Origin: an uncultured Acidobacteriota bacterium
GTDB taxonomy: Bacteria; Acidobacteriota; UBA6911
Length of the DNA: 64,000 bases
Direction of reading: 5' to 3'
Assembly (NCBI GenBank): GCA_963809485.1
Contig: CAWEJX010000012.1
Location: 96,001-160,000 of the forward strand
Shown: piece after piece, positions 30,206 to 41,071 of the stretch
Layout: every line of letters begins with the position of its first letter
How positions within the stretch are numbered: the stretch's first letter is position 1
Notes under the pieces: model-generated
The model's input: only the letters and a program-made list of their open reading frames with translations
What the model was told of the DNA's origin: nothing
The model's database searches: none
Translations under genes and position numbers: made by a program

Positions 30206-32551
30206 CTATGCTTTGCCCAATGCTTTAAGGATCCTGTCCGGGGTGACCGGTTCAATGTCCACATACTTGCCTATGGCGTTGTATACGGCCGTAGGCATGA
30301 TGGTGTGGTTGCAGGCGCCGCCGGATTCCCCGATGCCGCAGCTTCCGTAAGGGGCATACGCCAGACCCGTTTCCACATAGGCGCAGTCAATGGATGCGAC
30401 GTCATTCATCACATTCACCGGGTAACCTATCAGGTTATCGTTGAGTACCACTCCTGTTTTTGGATCGTGATATACCGTCTCTTTGCTGGATCTCCCGAGC
30501 CCCATATAAGCGCCGCCGTACTGCTGGCCGTTAAACGCGTCCGGGTTTATTACTCTGCCTCCGTCATTGACACTAACCTGTTTTAGTATTTCTATCCCTC
30601 CCGTATCGGGGTCTACCTCTATTTCCACGAAGTGCGCTTGCCGGACCATGTTGTACTCATGTCCCACACCGCCACGCCCTGTGTGACCGGGAGTATAGTC
30701 CCATACATACAAATAATAAGTCAGGGCTGCTGCGATTTGCGCCAGTGTCTTTTTGTTTTCCGGGTGTGCCTTTTCAAAAATTACGCTGTCCTTGATGTCC
30801 AATTCCTCAGGCTTTTTATTCGGAAAGAACGCAGGCCTTGAAGGCATCAGATTTCCCAGTGTTCTGCGCAGGGGGGTTGGCTGGGTTACCATTTCAAGGA
30901 TCAACTGCTTCATCTTCCGCGCGGCTCTTGCCGCTGCGAGATTACTTCCGCTCATCCCCTGGGATCCGCCGCCCGGCTCCGATACGAGACCGTCGCGGCC
31001 TTCGAACGGTCTTATCCGAACGTCTTTATAATCGGCTCCCATTTCATCCGCCACCACCTGGGAGTAGGAGGTCTGTCCACACAACCCTACATCACATTGC
31101 GTAGCCAGGATATCAACCGTTCCATCGGCATTCACTCGGATGCCCATGCCGGCAGTCCCCACCGTATGCGCCCACCCGACGGTGGAGACATAGCCCATCC
31201 CGTGATAATTCCCATTGGGCAGAATTTTTGTCCCGGGCAAGTGCCATTTCTTATCCCACTCCATAATCTTCTTACCCAGTTCGTTCACCTCTTTGAAACT
31301 GTCTCTGTCCGTGTTAAATCCCTGCGGCTTCCTGATGTGTTCGTTGGCATAGGCCCAGTCGTGGCCTTCGCAGCCCTCATTGATCTGGGCGACCTTGCTT
31401 GGATCCATCCCCAGTTCGCCGGCTACGTGCTCCCATACCTGGGTTACAACTCTGGTGGCCGAGCAACCATGCTTGAAGCACTGGATGGGCGGCTTTGTAT
31501 GAGCCGCCACATCGCACGTAATGTATATATTGGGGATCGTGGTGCCTTCGTGTATTTTGTTGGTACTGGTTTGTGTAACCCAAGCTTCGTAGCATTTCAG
31601 TTGCATGGCGGTGATGCGGCCATCCAGTTTGAATCCTACTTTGAAGTAATAGCGCGACCGGGCGTCCTCGTCACAGCCCTCGAAGTGACTGTCATCGTCC
31701 AGGACCTTTACCGGACACCCCGTTCGCCTGGCTGCTATCACAGCAACCACTGCTGTATGGGGGTTCGAGCGTAAATTTCCCGTACCTCCAAAAATAGCTC
31801 CATTATAGGGCAGGTAAAGATGGATCTTGTGCACAGGGCTGTATTGCCGCAGAGCGTCCATCGCGTACAACCAGTTCTGGCCGTGATGCCAAACATCCAG
31901 ATAGTCTCCCCGGCATTCGGCCACTCCGACATGGCCCTCTACCCCGGCCCACACGTCCTGATCATCACCCGCTACCCATTCGACCACTTTGTCGGCCTCG
32001 GCAAATCCTTTTTCAATATCCCCAAACTTGATAGGAGGCTGCCTCGTCTTATTGTTCGACTTGGGATTTGTGTCCGGGCGCATTATTGGAGCGCCCGGCT
32101 TCAACGCTTCCTCAGGGTCCAGGATGACCGGCAGTTCTTCTATCTCGAGTTCTATCAGCCGCAATGCCCGGTCTACTATCGCCTCGCTTTCGCCTACCAC
32201 CACAGCTCCCATCATCCCCGGATACCAGTGGTTCGTGTCGGAGACAAGCGCTTGGCCTTGATACTTAGGCCAGGTTATCGTGGGGTCATCATATCGGAGT
32301 ACCGCTCGGACTCCGGGGAAAGCCTCGGCCTTGCTGGTATCCAGGCGTTTGATCTTAGCGTGGCCGTGGGGGGATCTAAGAAACTTCGCATATAGCATCC
32401 CCGGACGGTATATATCCCGGGTATACACTGCGCTTCCGCTCGCTTTTTCGTAACCATCCAGACGGCGTATGCGGCGTTTCCCGATCACACCGCCTTCCGG
32501 CACCGGCCAAAGCCACGGATATAAGGGTTCTCCCTCTTTTAGACCGTACAT
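30206..32551 (-). CDS. XDH-family Mo-binding subunit
   Basis: KASGSAVYTRD, RSPHGHAKI, VEIEVDPDTG, GIGE, AVYNAIG. Confidence 0.93.
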   Translation of the reverse strand: MYGLKEGEPLYPWLWPVPEGGVIGKRRIRRLDGYEKASGSAVYTRDIYRPGMLYAKFLRSPHGHAKIKRLDTSKAEAFPGVRAVLRYDDPTITWPKYQGQALVSDTNHWYPGMMGAVVVGESEAIVDRALRLIELEIEELPVILDPEEALKPGAPIMRPDTNPKSNNKTRQPPIKFGDIEKGFAEADKVVEWVAGDDQDVWAGVEGHVGVAECRGDYLDVWHHGQNWLYAMDALRQYSPVHKIHLYLPYNGAIFGGTGNLRSNPHTAVVAVIAARRTGCPVKVLDDDSHFEGCDEDARSRYYFKVGFKLDGRITAMQLKCYEAWVTQTSTNKIHEGTTIPNIYITCDVAAHTKPPIQCFKHGCSATRVVTQVWEHVAGELGMDPSKVAQINEGCEGHDWAYANEHIRKPQGFNTDRDSFKEVNELGKKIMEWDKKWHLPGTKILPNGNYHGMGYVSTVGWAHTVGTAGMGIRVNADGTVDILATQCDVGLCGQTSYSQVVADEMGADYKDVRIRPFEGRDGLVSEPGGGSQGMSGSNLAAARAARKMKQLILEMVTQPTPLRRTLGNLMPSRPAFFPNKKPEELDIKDSVIFEKAHPENKKTLAQIAAALTYYLYVWDYTPGHTGRGGVGHEYNMVRQAHFVEIEVDPDTGGIEILKQVSVNDGGRVINPDAFNGQQYGGAYMGLGRSSKETVYHDPKTGVVLNDNLIGYPVNVMNDVASIDCAYVETGLAYAPYGSCGIGESGGACNHTIMPTAVYNAIGKYVDIEPVTPDRILKALGKA

Positions 32552-32562
32552 TTTCTCCTCCT

Positions 32563-33225
32563 CTAGGCGTTCCCGATGACTTCCTTAATCGCTATGATGT
32601 GTTGTGTATAGGTGCCGCACCGGCATATGTTGCCCCCCAGCGCGTCCCTCATATCCGCTTCAGTCGGCTTGGGAATACGGTCCAGCAGCGCCTTGGCCGT
32701 TACCACAAATCCCGGCGTGCAGTAGCCGCACTGCATGCAATGGTTCAGAACGTAAGCCTCGATGAGTTGCGGATTGTTAATGGCAACACCTTCTGCCGTC
32801 TCTATGGCCATGCCGTCACAATCCGCCGCAAACGTCATGCAGGAAAGCACCGGCCGCCCGTTCATAATCACCGTGCACGATCCGCAGGCCCCGTAACCGT
32901 TGCACATATCTTTGATGGATATAAAGCCCAGCTGATCGCGAAGCACATCGCGCAGCATCCATTCCGGCTCGACCCGGAGCTCATACTTATGCTTGTTCAC
33001 GGTGAATTTTATCGTTTGGGCAGCTGCCGAGGCGGCCGGCGCGACGGTGCCCGCCGGAGCGGCACCGGCTCGACTCGCCGCCTGGGGATCAGCGGCAACC
33101 ACAGTGGCGCCGGCTCCGGTACCGAGGATGGCTACAGAGCTGACAGCAAATTCCCGGCGCGACATCGGTCCCAACCCTGTTCTTTCACATTCTTCGCTTT
33201 TCTTTTTTTCTTCCTCTTTCGACAT
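32563..33225 (-). CDS. XDH-family [2Fe-2S] subunit with Tat signal (PaoA-like)
   Basis: SRREFAVSS plus hydrophobic stretch; CNGYGACGSC, QCGYCTPG, NICRCGTY. Confidence 0.93.
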   Translation of the reverse strand: MSKEEEKKKSEECERTGLGPMSRREFAVSSVAILGTGAGATVVAADPQAASRAGAAPAGTVAPAASAAAQTIKFTVNKHKYELRVEPEWMLRDVLRDQLGFISIKDMCNGYGACGSCTVIMNGRPVLSCMTFAADCDGMAIETAEGVAINNPQLIEAYVLNHCMQCGYCTPGFVVTAKALLDRIPKPTEADMRDALGGNICRCGTYTQHIIAIKEVIGNA

Positions 33226-33542
33226 TGCGCACTCTCCCTGATAATTCCTGCCTTTTTATCCCCCCAAACCGAAGCTATTGCCAGGGATCCTTTGTCTAAA
33301 TTCAGCAGTTGTAATCAACGCCTGATCTCGCATCGGCTCGCATTCCCCGTAACAGTGCGAAGGCACTCCATGATTCCATTCCGATTATTTGCACTTGACG
33401 ATGAACAATTGTAAGGCGGGCGGACAAACGCGATAGATGCACACATCACCTGGCCTCAAAATCCATTTGAAAATATCGGCCGTCTATAATGGCACGCCTG
33501 AAAGCACAAAGTGGTTCTCTATTACCTGTTTAGCCGTGGCAT

Positions 33543-33575
33543 TGTCAAGATAATTGTTTTATAAAATGCAACATT
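33543..33575 (-). promoter_or_regulatory. AATGTTGCAT box + TTGACA, homologous to 51828-51859
   Basis: Reverse strand reads AATGTTGCATTT-N11-TATCTTGACA. Confidence 0.45.
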
Positions 33576-33616
33576 CCCCTTGATAACGGAAAAGTTGAAC
33601 CGCCATAAGGTTTCAA

Positions 33617-33802
33617 GTCAGGCACCTCCGGCAAAGCCGGCTTGAAAGATTGGAACCGCTCAAAGCGGTTGGACTAGTTACGCTGGTCTTGAACGCTGGC
33701 TTAGGCGGGCAAAAGCCGATGAGGCGCTTCCGATCCCCCGCCGAACAAATCGGCGTTTGTCAGCGCTTCTGTCGGCGTATCTCAGCGTTTCAAAATGCGG
33801 AA
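33617..33802 (+). mobile_element. IS200/IS605-like palindromic element, copy B (one end missing)
   Basis: GTCAGGCACCTCCGGCAAAGCCGG...CTCAGCGTTTCAAAATGCGGA. Confidence 0.7.
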
Positions 33803-33879
33803 GCGCGCCTGCCGGATAAAATCCCATTCCGCGCTCTCCGGCTGCACGGATCCGCGCATAGCAAAACGCCAGTCTTTTA

Positions 33880-34854
33880 CTACTCCCAGCCGCTTGGCGA
33901 GTTGTATGGTGCGACAACGCCTATGGCCTCGATTTCATGAATCTGGCCACCCCAGATTTTGAAGATATGCATCGCCAGCGTATCAAAGGGATTGTAGGAT
34001 CTATCGACCGTCTCACGCCCCGGATCATTAAGTATTCTAAATTGTTTTTTCTCCATCGCGTGACGAAAGTCGGAAAAGCCGAGCGCCAGCCCAGTCTTTT
34101 CATCGGCGATCTCGACTCGGCGACTGACAATCTCGGTGATGTATTCGAACGTTTGCATGTCGATTTGGCTCCTGCAATCGATCATTCCCGAGAGCCCGAT
34201 CGGCCGTTGGACTGCGCCGGGAATGTCGGGTCCGCTCAACGGACCGCCGGACGGCGCGGTGCGCAACCCATTCTCGTGACGATCGCAATCAGAGGCGAAG
34301 GGCGCAAGCGAACCGTTGTTCAGATCCACTGCATCGTAATAGGACTTGGCGATGTGAATCAGCCGGCCGCGCGAGTCGGCATATTCATAGGGTATTTCCA
34401 TCGGGATGGCAGGACGAACCTTGTTCAATGTCGCCGGAAGCTCGCCGCCGCGCGGGATGGCAATCAAGTGTTCGGCTTCGATGATCATGCCGTCAGCCAA
34501 CTTCAGCCGGAAACCAACCTGCGCAGGTTTCCCTTCGGACTGCATGATGACCATGCCGCCGACTTGCTGCGATAGGGGATCTGGTACGACAATTTTGAAC
34601 TCCGTCGGACCGGCCGATGCCGTTTTCCAGAGACCTTCTCCCGGCCGGATACGCTTTGCGTTTTCAACCATCCTGACACCGCTGCTCAAGGGCGCATTCT
34701 GGGGATCGTGTGCCGCCAGCGCAGCTATGTATTTATCCGCCAGCGCCATCAGGCACGTACGGTCGCAATCGGCCGCATATGCGGTTGCCATACTGAAAAT
34801 CAACAGTGCGGCTCTTCCCAGTACTGAATATACGAATCGCATAGCATCCTCCAA
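33880..34854 (-). CDS. Secreted hypothetical protein (DCDRTCL N-terminus)
   Basis: 324-aa ORF with signal peptide ending AYA; ENG motif; C-terminal FKI.GG.I.EIEA. Confidence 0.7.
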   Translation of the reverse strand: MEDAMRFVYSVLGRAALLIFSMATAYAADCDRTCLMALADKYIAALAAHDPQNAPLSSGVRMVENAKRIRPGEGLWKTASAGPTEFKIVVPDPLSQQVGGMVIMQSEGKPAQVGFRLKLADGMIIEAEHLIAIPRGGELPATLNKVRPAIPMEIPYEYADSRGRLIHIAKSYYDAVDLNNGSLAPFASDCDRHENGLRTAPSGGPLSGPDIPGAVQRPIGLSGMIDCRSQIDMQTFEYITEIVSRRVEIADEKTGLALGFSDFRHAMEKKQFRILNDPGRETVDRSYNPFDTLAMHIFKIWGGQIHEIEAIGVVAPYNSPSGWE

Positions 34855-34952
34855 GCCTTCGGGTTATCCGCAGCTTTCTATGACGCTCTCAATGTCGAAC
34901 GCTTTCTGCGCAAAAGGTTCTGTAAGATCAGCCTCAAAAGACGGTGATCGTC

Positions 34953-36548
34953 TTAAGCCCAGGGCTTCTCGGCAACAACGCGTTCGCCCGCAATGCGTCC
35001 GAAAGCGACACACTCACCAAAGTTGCCCGTCCCCTGGTAGCCGAAGCTGAATATGGAGCCAAGCTCCCCGGCGGAGTACAGTCTTGGGATGGGCTTACGA
35101 TTCGTATCCAACACTTGAGCGCGACCGTTGTGTCGCGGCCCCCCCAAAGTGTTAACGAAGGCGGGCACCAGCTCCATGGCATAATAGGGTGGAGTTTGTA
35201 TCGGGATCAGTCGTTCCTTCGGCCTGCCGAATTCCGAGTCGCTACCTGCCGCACAAGACCGATTCCATGTAGCCAGAGTCTTTTCCAGAATGTCCGGATT
35301 TTTCCCCATTTTTGAGGCCAGCTCGCGTATGGTATCGCCCTTGAGAATCCAGCCCTTCTGCAATTCCACGCTGCTGTCGGCGCTCCATTTATATTTTTCA
35401 ATCACTCCGTGCCAGCACCAAAATTCATCAGCCCGGTAAAGCGGGCCACTATTTCTCCCGACCTCATCAAAAACCGCGTGTACTGGCAAGGGCGGGGGAA
35501 GATGAACGTAGGTACCGTGGTAGGCTACCTTGCCGTGTTTGCCAGGTTGGTTTTCGTTGACGAACCTTGTTGCGTCACTGGCAGCAAAAATGTATCCCCC
35601 GGCAGACAGGGTGAATCCGGCGCCAAAGGCCCATTCACAGCCTGGAGCTTTAAAACTAAGAACTGTACCGCACATATTAGCCATGTGCCAAAGGTCGGCG
35701 CCCACGGCCTGAGCCATTCTTATACCGTCACCGGTGTTATAGGGGCTGCCAAATGGGTATGCGTACGGCAGCAGAAGGTAGTCACGGATCATCTCCTGAT
35801 TGTTTTCGTACCCGCCGGTACACAGGATCACACCCTTTTTCGCTTTAACATATACCTTTTTACCTTGTCTTTCCGCGATTACACCATGGATTTCCCTGCT
35901 CTTATAATCCTGGACCAATTCAATTCCAGGCGTTTCATACATGATCTTTACTTGCCTCTTGTCGACGGCTTCTTTGAGCATCTTCCAGAGCCTGGAGTAT
36001 CCCCACCCCTCTGCGGAGCCGCACATATAGCCGCTTCCGGATCCAGGCAACTCAGGAAATTCTGCCTGGGCCGTTCCGGAAGTGCGCTGACTGATTTTTC
36101 CGCTGCATGTTTTTTTCAGCCATTCGAAGCTCTTTGTGGTGTATTCATGATAGGCCTGAAATACTTCATCGGGGACTGGATATCGGCCATTGAGCGCCTT
36201 TTGATAAGTAAGGGCTTCATCGAGGTTGGGCGGACACCAAACACCCTGCATGCTTACCCTGCTGTTGCCTCCCGCGTGAGCTTCGGATGCCTTCTCGAGG
36301 ATCAGCACGTCGGCGCCCAGATCACGGGCAGCTATGGCTGAACTAAGGCCGGCTCCCCCTATTCCCAGCACAACGACCTCCGTCTCATGGTCCCATTTCG
36401 AAACCTGACTTTGCTGGGCCGCCGCTGCTTCTCTCGAACCGGCGCCGGCCAGAGCGGCCGAGCCTGCGCTGACTGCTGCTGTTTGTATAAAATTCCTCCT
36501 TGTGAGACGATTTCTTTTCCTTTCAGCTTTCATAAGCTTTTCTCCCAT
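34953..36548 (-). CDS. Tat-exported FAD-dependent oxidoreductase (flavocytochrome c/TcuA/3-ketosteroid dehydrogenase-like)
   Basis: TRRNFIQ; VVVLGIGGAG; GGNS; KGVILCTGG; NTGDG; TLGG; IPRLYSAGE; GRIAG. Confidence 0.9.
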   Translation of the reverse strand: MGEKLMKAERKRNRLTRRNFIQTAAVSAGSAALAGAGSREAAAAQQSQVSKWDHETEVVVLGIGGAGLSSAIAARDLGADVLILEKASEAHAGGNSRVSMQGVWCPPNLDEALTYQKALNGRYPVPDEVFQAYHEYTTKSFEWLKKTCSGKISQRTSGTAQAEFPELPGSGSGYMCGSAEGWGYSRLWKMLKEAVDKRQVKIMYETPGIELVQDYKSREIHGVIAERQGKKVYVKAKKGVILCTGGYENNQEMIRDYLLLPYAYPFGSPYNTGDGIRMAQAVGADLWHMANMCGTVLSFKAPGCEWAFGAGFTLSAGGYIFAASDATRFVNENQPGKHGKVAYHGTYVHLPPPLPVHAVFDEVGRNSGPLYRADEFWCWHGVIEKYKWSADSSVELQKGWILKGDTIRELASKMGKNPDILEKTLATWNRSCAAGSDSEFGRPKERLIPIQTPPYYAMELVPAFVNTLGGPRHNGRAQVLDTNRKPIPRLYSAGELGSIFSFGYQGTGNFGECVAFGRIAGERVVAEKPWA

Positions 36549-36822
36549 TGGAAGTCTCCTGTGGCAATCGGGCTGTTATGCTGTCTATTATGTGTGTATT
36601 ACAAATGGAATGATAGGAAATTGTTTTTGACGGTGTTGGGAAAACATCCGCGAATTATCACAGATTGGGGAGGGGAGGCTGTTGCTGCGTATGGGATAAT
36701 GTGTCCGCAGGAATTGAACCTGCACTAAGGCAGCGATGGGGCAGGCAATATATTGAATTTACTGCTTTGAGACTCCCCTATTATGTGGCAAAAATAGGAA
36801 ATCTCAAGAGGTGGGAGGCTGC

Positions 36823-38136
36823 ATGCGAAAATGGTTAACCCGACCCTCAATGCATGTTTTGGCGGCAGTTGTATTTGCAGGCTGTCTTTGGGCGAACTGG
36901 CCGCAGTGGCGTGGGCCCGAATCGAACGGCACGGCGCCGAAAGCCCACGACCTTCCCGTAACATGGTCCGATTCCCGAAACATCCTGTGGCGGACAAAGC
37001 TGCCAGGCTGGAGCGCAGCCACGCCCGCTGTCTGGCAGGATAGGATCTTCGTAACCTCCGCCGAGGAAGGATCTCCGCGCCTGCGCAGCGAAAACCCCGG
37101 GGATGCAGCACGCGACAAAATTTTCCTGATTGCGATAAACCGGAAAGATGGTTCTATTCGATGGCAGTGTCAGATCGACTCCGGCAATAGGCTCTTCCGG
37201 AAACAGAATTCTGCCTCACCTTCTCCGATAACGGATGGCAGCCGGGTTTGGATTATGACGGGCAACGGCAAGCTCATCTGTCTCACGCTGGATGGGAAGG
37301 AGATCTGGAAACGTGATATCCAGGCTGAGTATGGTAAATTCGGTCTCAATCATGGGTACGCCTCGACGCCGCTGCTCCACGGCGGGCGGCTCTACGTCCA
37401 GGTTTTGCACGGGATGCTTACTGACGACCCGTCCTATGTATTTGCTGTGGATAAAAATACAGGCAAGACGCTATGGAAGTCGAACCGTCCCACTGACGCC
37501 AGTAAGGAGTCCCCCGACAATTATGCGACTCCGCAGATGGCGAAGGTGGAAGGGAAACTGCAACTCGTGATCTCCGGCGCCGATTATGTGACCGGCCACG
37601 ATCCGGATACTGGAAAAGAGCTATGGCGGATCGGCGGCTTCAATCCAGCAAACAATCCCGCCAATCGTACCGTCGCATCCTCTCTTGTGATCGGAGAGAA
37701 CGTGTTTACGCCAAGCACGAGAGGCCGTCCGTTCATTGCCTTCCGCGCCGGAGGTTCAGGCAACATCACCGGGAAGAGTGAACTCTGGACCAACAACCTG
37801 GCGGCTGACGTGCCGACGCCGACCACCGACGGCAAATACATTTATGCCCTCGGGGACAACGGGATCATGAACTGCATCGAAGCAGCAACCGGCAGCGTCG
37901 TTTATCAGGGGAAGCGTATCGAGAATGGAACCTACAGCGCGTCTCCTCTCCTGGCGGACGGCAAGATCTATTGTGTTAGCGAAGACGGCACGACTACTGT
38001 CGTGAGGGCCGGGCTTGCGTTTGAGATCTTGGGTGTGAACAAGTTGGACGGCCTGACGCTAGCCAGCCCGGTGGCTGTGGACAATCAGATCTTCATTCGA
38101 ACCGCCGACTATCTCTACTGTATTCAACAAATATAG
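36823..38136 (+). CDS. PQQ-like (BamB-type) beta-propeller protein, secreted
   Basis: ANWPQWRGP, W...NILW, repeated SP/TP...G..W motifs. Confidence 0.87.
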   Translation: MRKWLTRPSMHVLAAVVFAGCLWANWPQWRGPESNGTAPKAHDLPVTWSDSRNILWRTKLPGWSAATPAVWQDRIFVTSAEEGSPRLRSENPGDAARDKIFLIAINRKDGSIRWQCQIDSGNRLFRKQNSASPSPITDGSRVWIMTGNGKLICLTLDGKEIWKRDIQAEYGKFGLNHGYASTPLLHGGRLYVQVLHGMLTDDPSYVFAVDKNTGKTLWKSNRPTDASKESPDNYATPQMAKVEGKLQLVISGADYVTGHDPDTGKELWRIGGFNPANNPANRTVASSLVIGENVFTPSTRGRPFIAFRAGGSGNITGKSELWTNNLAADVPTPTTDGKYIYALGDNGIMNCIEAATGSVVYQGKRIENGTYSASPLLADGKIYCVSEDGTTTVVRAGLAFEILGVNKLDGLTLASPVAVDNQIFIRTADYLYCIQQI

Positions 38137-38785
38137 CGGGGCGCGCACCTATGGAGGATGTTCGTGACGCGCAGCATCGATCGGTATGCACTGCATGGCG
38201 GGTAAGCCTGCAGATGCAAGGAGCTCTTGCCGACGGCTTCCGATCCATCTTTCAGCAATTCCATTCTGCCATGGACTTAAAGGGCTCGTGCGTTTGGGGT
38301 TTATGCCACTTGACTCCAGCAATTCCATTGCTATCCAAAACCTGTAACATATTGTAAAATCAAACTGTTATAAACAGATCGGCAACGGTGGATGTCAGAA
38401 AGCTACATAATGCCTTATCAGAAACAGTGTAGAAGGCATCCGCGGACCGGAATAGCCGCCTGCCAGGCGAAACGGCAGCTTGAACTTCCTATCTCTCTTT
38501 GGCCAAAGGAAAGCCGGGAGATAAGGTCTACGATCTGATAAGGAAGATCAATTTCCTGCGTTCTCGTGGAACGGTTCCATTCGGTATCCCGCCGCAAACG
38601 CAGTCCCCTCAAAACCACGATTGACGGGGACGTTGCATTCCGGCGATTCGGCGGAGAGATGGATTGTCGTCCTTGTGGCACGTAACGATACAAAACCATT
38701 CACGGCATTTCGGGCGGATGTCCGCCTTTTCAGTCGTAGCGGAATCGGTCCTTCTTTTCGACTTTACTGACCAGCGAGGTTTGGT

Positions 38786-40504
38786 ATGCGTTTCGGAAAA
38801 TTTCTGATATTGTGCTTCCTCGAATTGAGTCTATTTCCACTGCATGCTCAGGAACCCAAAGTTACTGTAATGAACCCGCTGGGAACTCCCCCTCCGATCC
38901 GGCTGGTTCCCATGGCGCCGCGACTCGATACGCTCGACGGCAAGACCGTGTATTTTGTCGATTCGCGCTATGTGGGAGGAGATATCTTCCTGAAGGAGAT
39001 GATGTCCTGGTTTTCCGTGAACATGCCCAAAGTTAAGCTTGAATTCAGGCAGAAGGCCGGCGCCTACGCGGAAAGCGATCCCCAGTTGTGGGACGAGATC
39101 CGGCAAAAAGGGGATGCTGTAATTATGGCGATCGGGCATTGAAGTACCTGCACGCCGGCGGTCGTCGGCCATTGTCTCGAGCTCGAGAAACTCGGCAAGC
39201 CCACTGCGCCTGTTGTTACGAACAGCTTTGTGGCGTTGGCAAGAGGCAATGCCCATAAGCGCGGCATGCCGGGAGAACGTTTCACCTTTGTTCCGCACCC
39301 TGTCTTCGGGAAGACGCCGCAGGAAATGCGGCGCGATATTGAAGGGAAGGATCCGGTCACGGGAAGACCGGTCATGCAGGAAATCGTGGAAGCCCTGACC
39401 AAGCCGCTGACTGCGGAAGAAAGGAAGGATGGATTCCTGCAGAGGCCGCCAAATCCCCGGTTCCTTCCCCCCGATACTGCGGACAACCTGCAGCGATATT
39501 TTCACGAACATGGAATGACGGACTATCTCCCGGTCATTCTTCCTACCGGGGAAAAGGTAGCCGCCATGCTCAAGGGAACCAGTCATGACCGCAACGAGGT
39601 GGTTGGAAAAATGGCGGGAGGCGCGTTCGACCCCTGGGAATACACGGTGGAACAGGTGGCCGTGAATGCCGTCATGGCCGGTGCGCGGCCGGAATACTTG
39701 CCGGTTATCCTCGCACTGGCATCTAGCGGGCAGGCATCGCTGTACAGTTCCACAAACTCATTCGCATATTCCGTGGTGGTCAACGGGACGATTCGCGACG
39801 AGATAAAAATGCACTACAGGGTCGGAGCGATGGGGCCGTTCAGCCAGGCGAACGCAACGATTGGAAGAGCATGGACTTTGATGTCGAGAAACCTGGCAAA
39901 CGGAGGCATCGTCGGAGAGACATACCTTGGGTCCACCGGGAACAATCTGAATTACAACAATCTCGTTGTCGCCGAGAATGAAGCGGACAGTCCGTGGAAT
40001 TCACTGAGTGTGCAATTAGGATACAAACCGGGGGAGAGCGTCATCAGCATCTTTACCGGTTTGGGAATGCAGCCGGGACAATTTGCGAAGGGGGGCGGCA
40101 TTTCGGTAAAGCCTCGGTATGACGAACAGTTTCTGAGCGTAATAAGCAATTTCACTACGCTGTTTGGAGCTTTGGTAGTCTGTGATCCCCTCATTGCCAA
40201 GGCTCTCAAGGAACAGGGCTACGATACAAAAGAAAAGCTGATTGACTGGCTTTATAAAAATGCCGTCCATACGGTGCGGGAATATAAGGACGCCAGTTTT
40301 GTGCTGACATTTGATCTTCCTCGAGCTCAGAAGGGCGTTGAGCCCTTCGCCTCGTGGTTCAAGCTGCCGGATGACGCAAAAATTCCAATCTTTATAAAGC
40401 CGTCGGATCTCTCGATTGTGGTGGCAGGCGGCCAGACGCAGGCCAGGTTCCAAGCGGGGAATCTACGCTATACGGCGAGTTTTTCTGTTGACAAATGGAG
40501 ATAA
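38786..40504 (+). CDS. UGSC-family selenoprotein (572 aa), predicted Sec at TGA 39140-39142, motif GH-U-ST-C
   Basis: ORFs 38786-39142 and 39230-40504 are in frame with an open interval (USTCTPAVVGHCLELEKLGKP); colinear with uninterrupted paralog 4377-6218. Confidence 0.9.
39150..39175 (+). promoter_or_regulatory. Putative bacterial SECIS
   Basis: GCCGGC-GGUC-GUCGGC; loop 17 nt after UGA. Confidence 0.65.
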
Positions 40505-40624
40505 GTGTCCTGAGGAGCTTTGTTCAGACGCATTCTCACGGCCAGGTCCATGGTTTGATTGGGGCCGCATTTCTGCCGGCTATGCGCCCGAATGCGCTCG
40601 CGTCCCAAACGTTGCCATCGGTGA

Positions 40625-40659
40625 CGCTATAGGTTCTGCCGCAGATTGAACCTATAGCG
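40625..40659. terminator. Hairpin downstream of selenoprotein gene
   Basis: CGCTATAGGTTC/GAACCTATAGCG 12-bp stem; no U tract. Confidence 0.3.
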
Positions 40660-41071
40660 CCGGCTAAGAACTGTCGTAGGACAGGGGTCAGATCAGGATT
40701 CAATACCTCGGATCTGGGGCAGAACGAGGCGGACCGCCGTGGGTGCAGACGCCACCCGGTCCCGGTGCTTTGGCAAAGGTGTAATAGGGCGGAGCGTTCC
40801 CCAGAAGCAGACTCGACGCCGGCCGTTTGTGTTCCCAAGGCATTGCTCCAGGCACAGCCCTATGGTTTGGCCGGGCAACGGCAGCCGGAGAAAAAATTCT
40901 ATGAAGCGGCCGTGAAGGTTTCTACAGCAAAGCTGCGGCAGCAACTGTTCACCGTTGGGAATTTTTCTTCCTTACATGCCCTCAGGAGAATTTGGGCAGT
41001 TTTCCGACTAGCCCTATGCTATCCTGCTCCCATCACACAAAAAGCAAATTACTATCTCCAGGAGGTCAGGT

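Noticed and set aside
30206-32551. Calling the Mo subunits CoxL, XdhB or PaoC
   Set aside because: The diagnostic AYxCSFR/AFRGFG motifs are absent, so the substrate cannot be assigned and no gene symbols are given.
38340-38785. Riboswitch or tRNA-Sec in long intergenic regions (also 33260-33540, 51880-52140)
   Set aside because: No recognisable Moco/cobalamin riboswitch or tRNA consensus by eye; an Infernal/Rfam scan would be needed.
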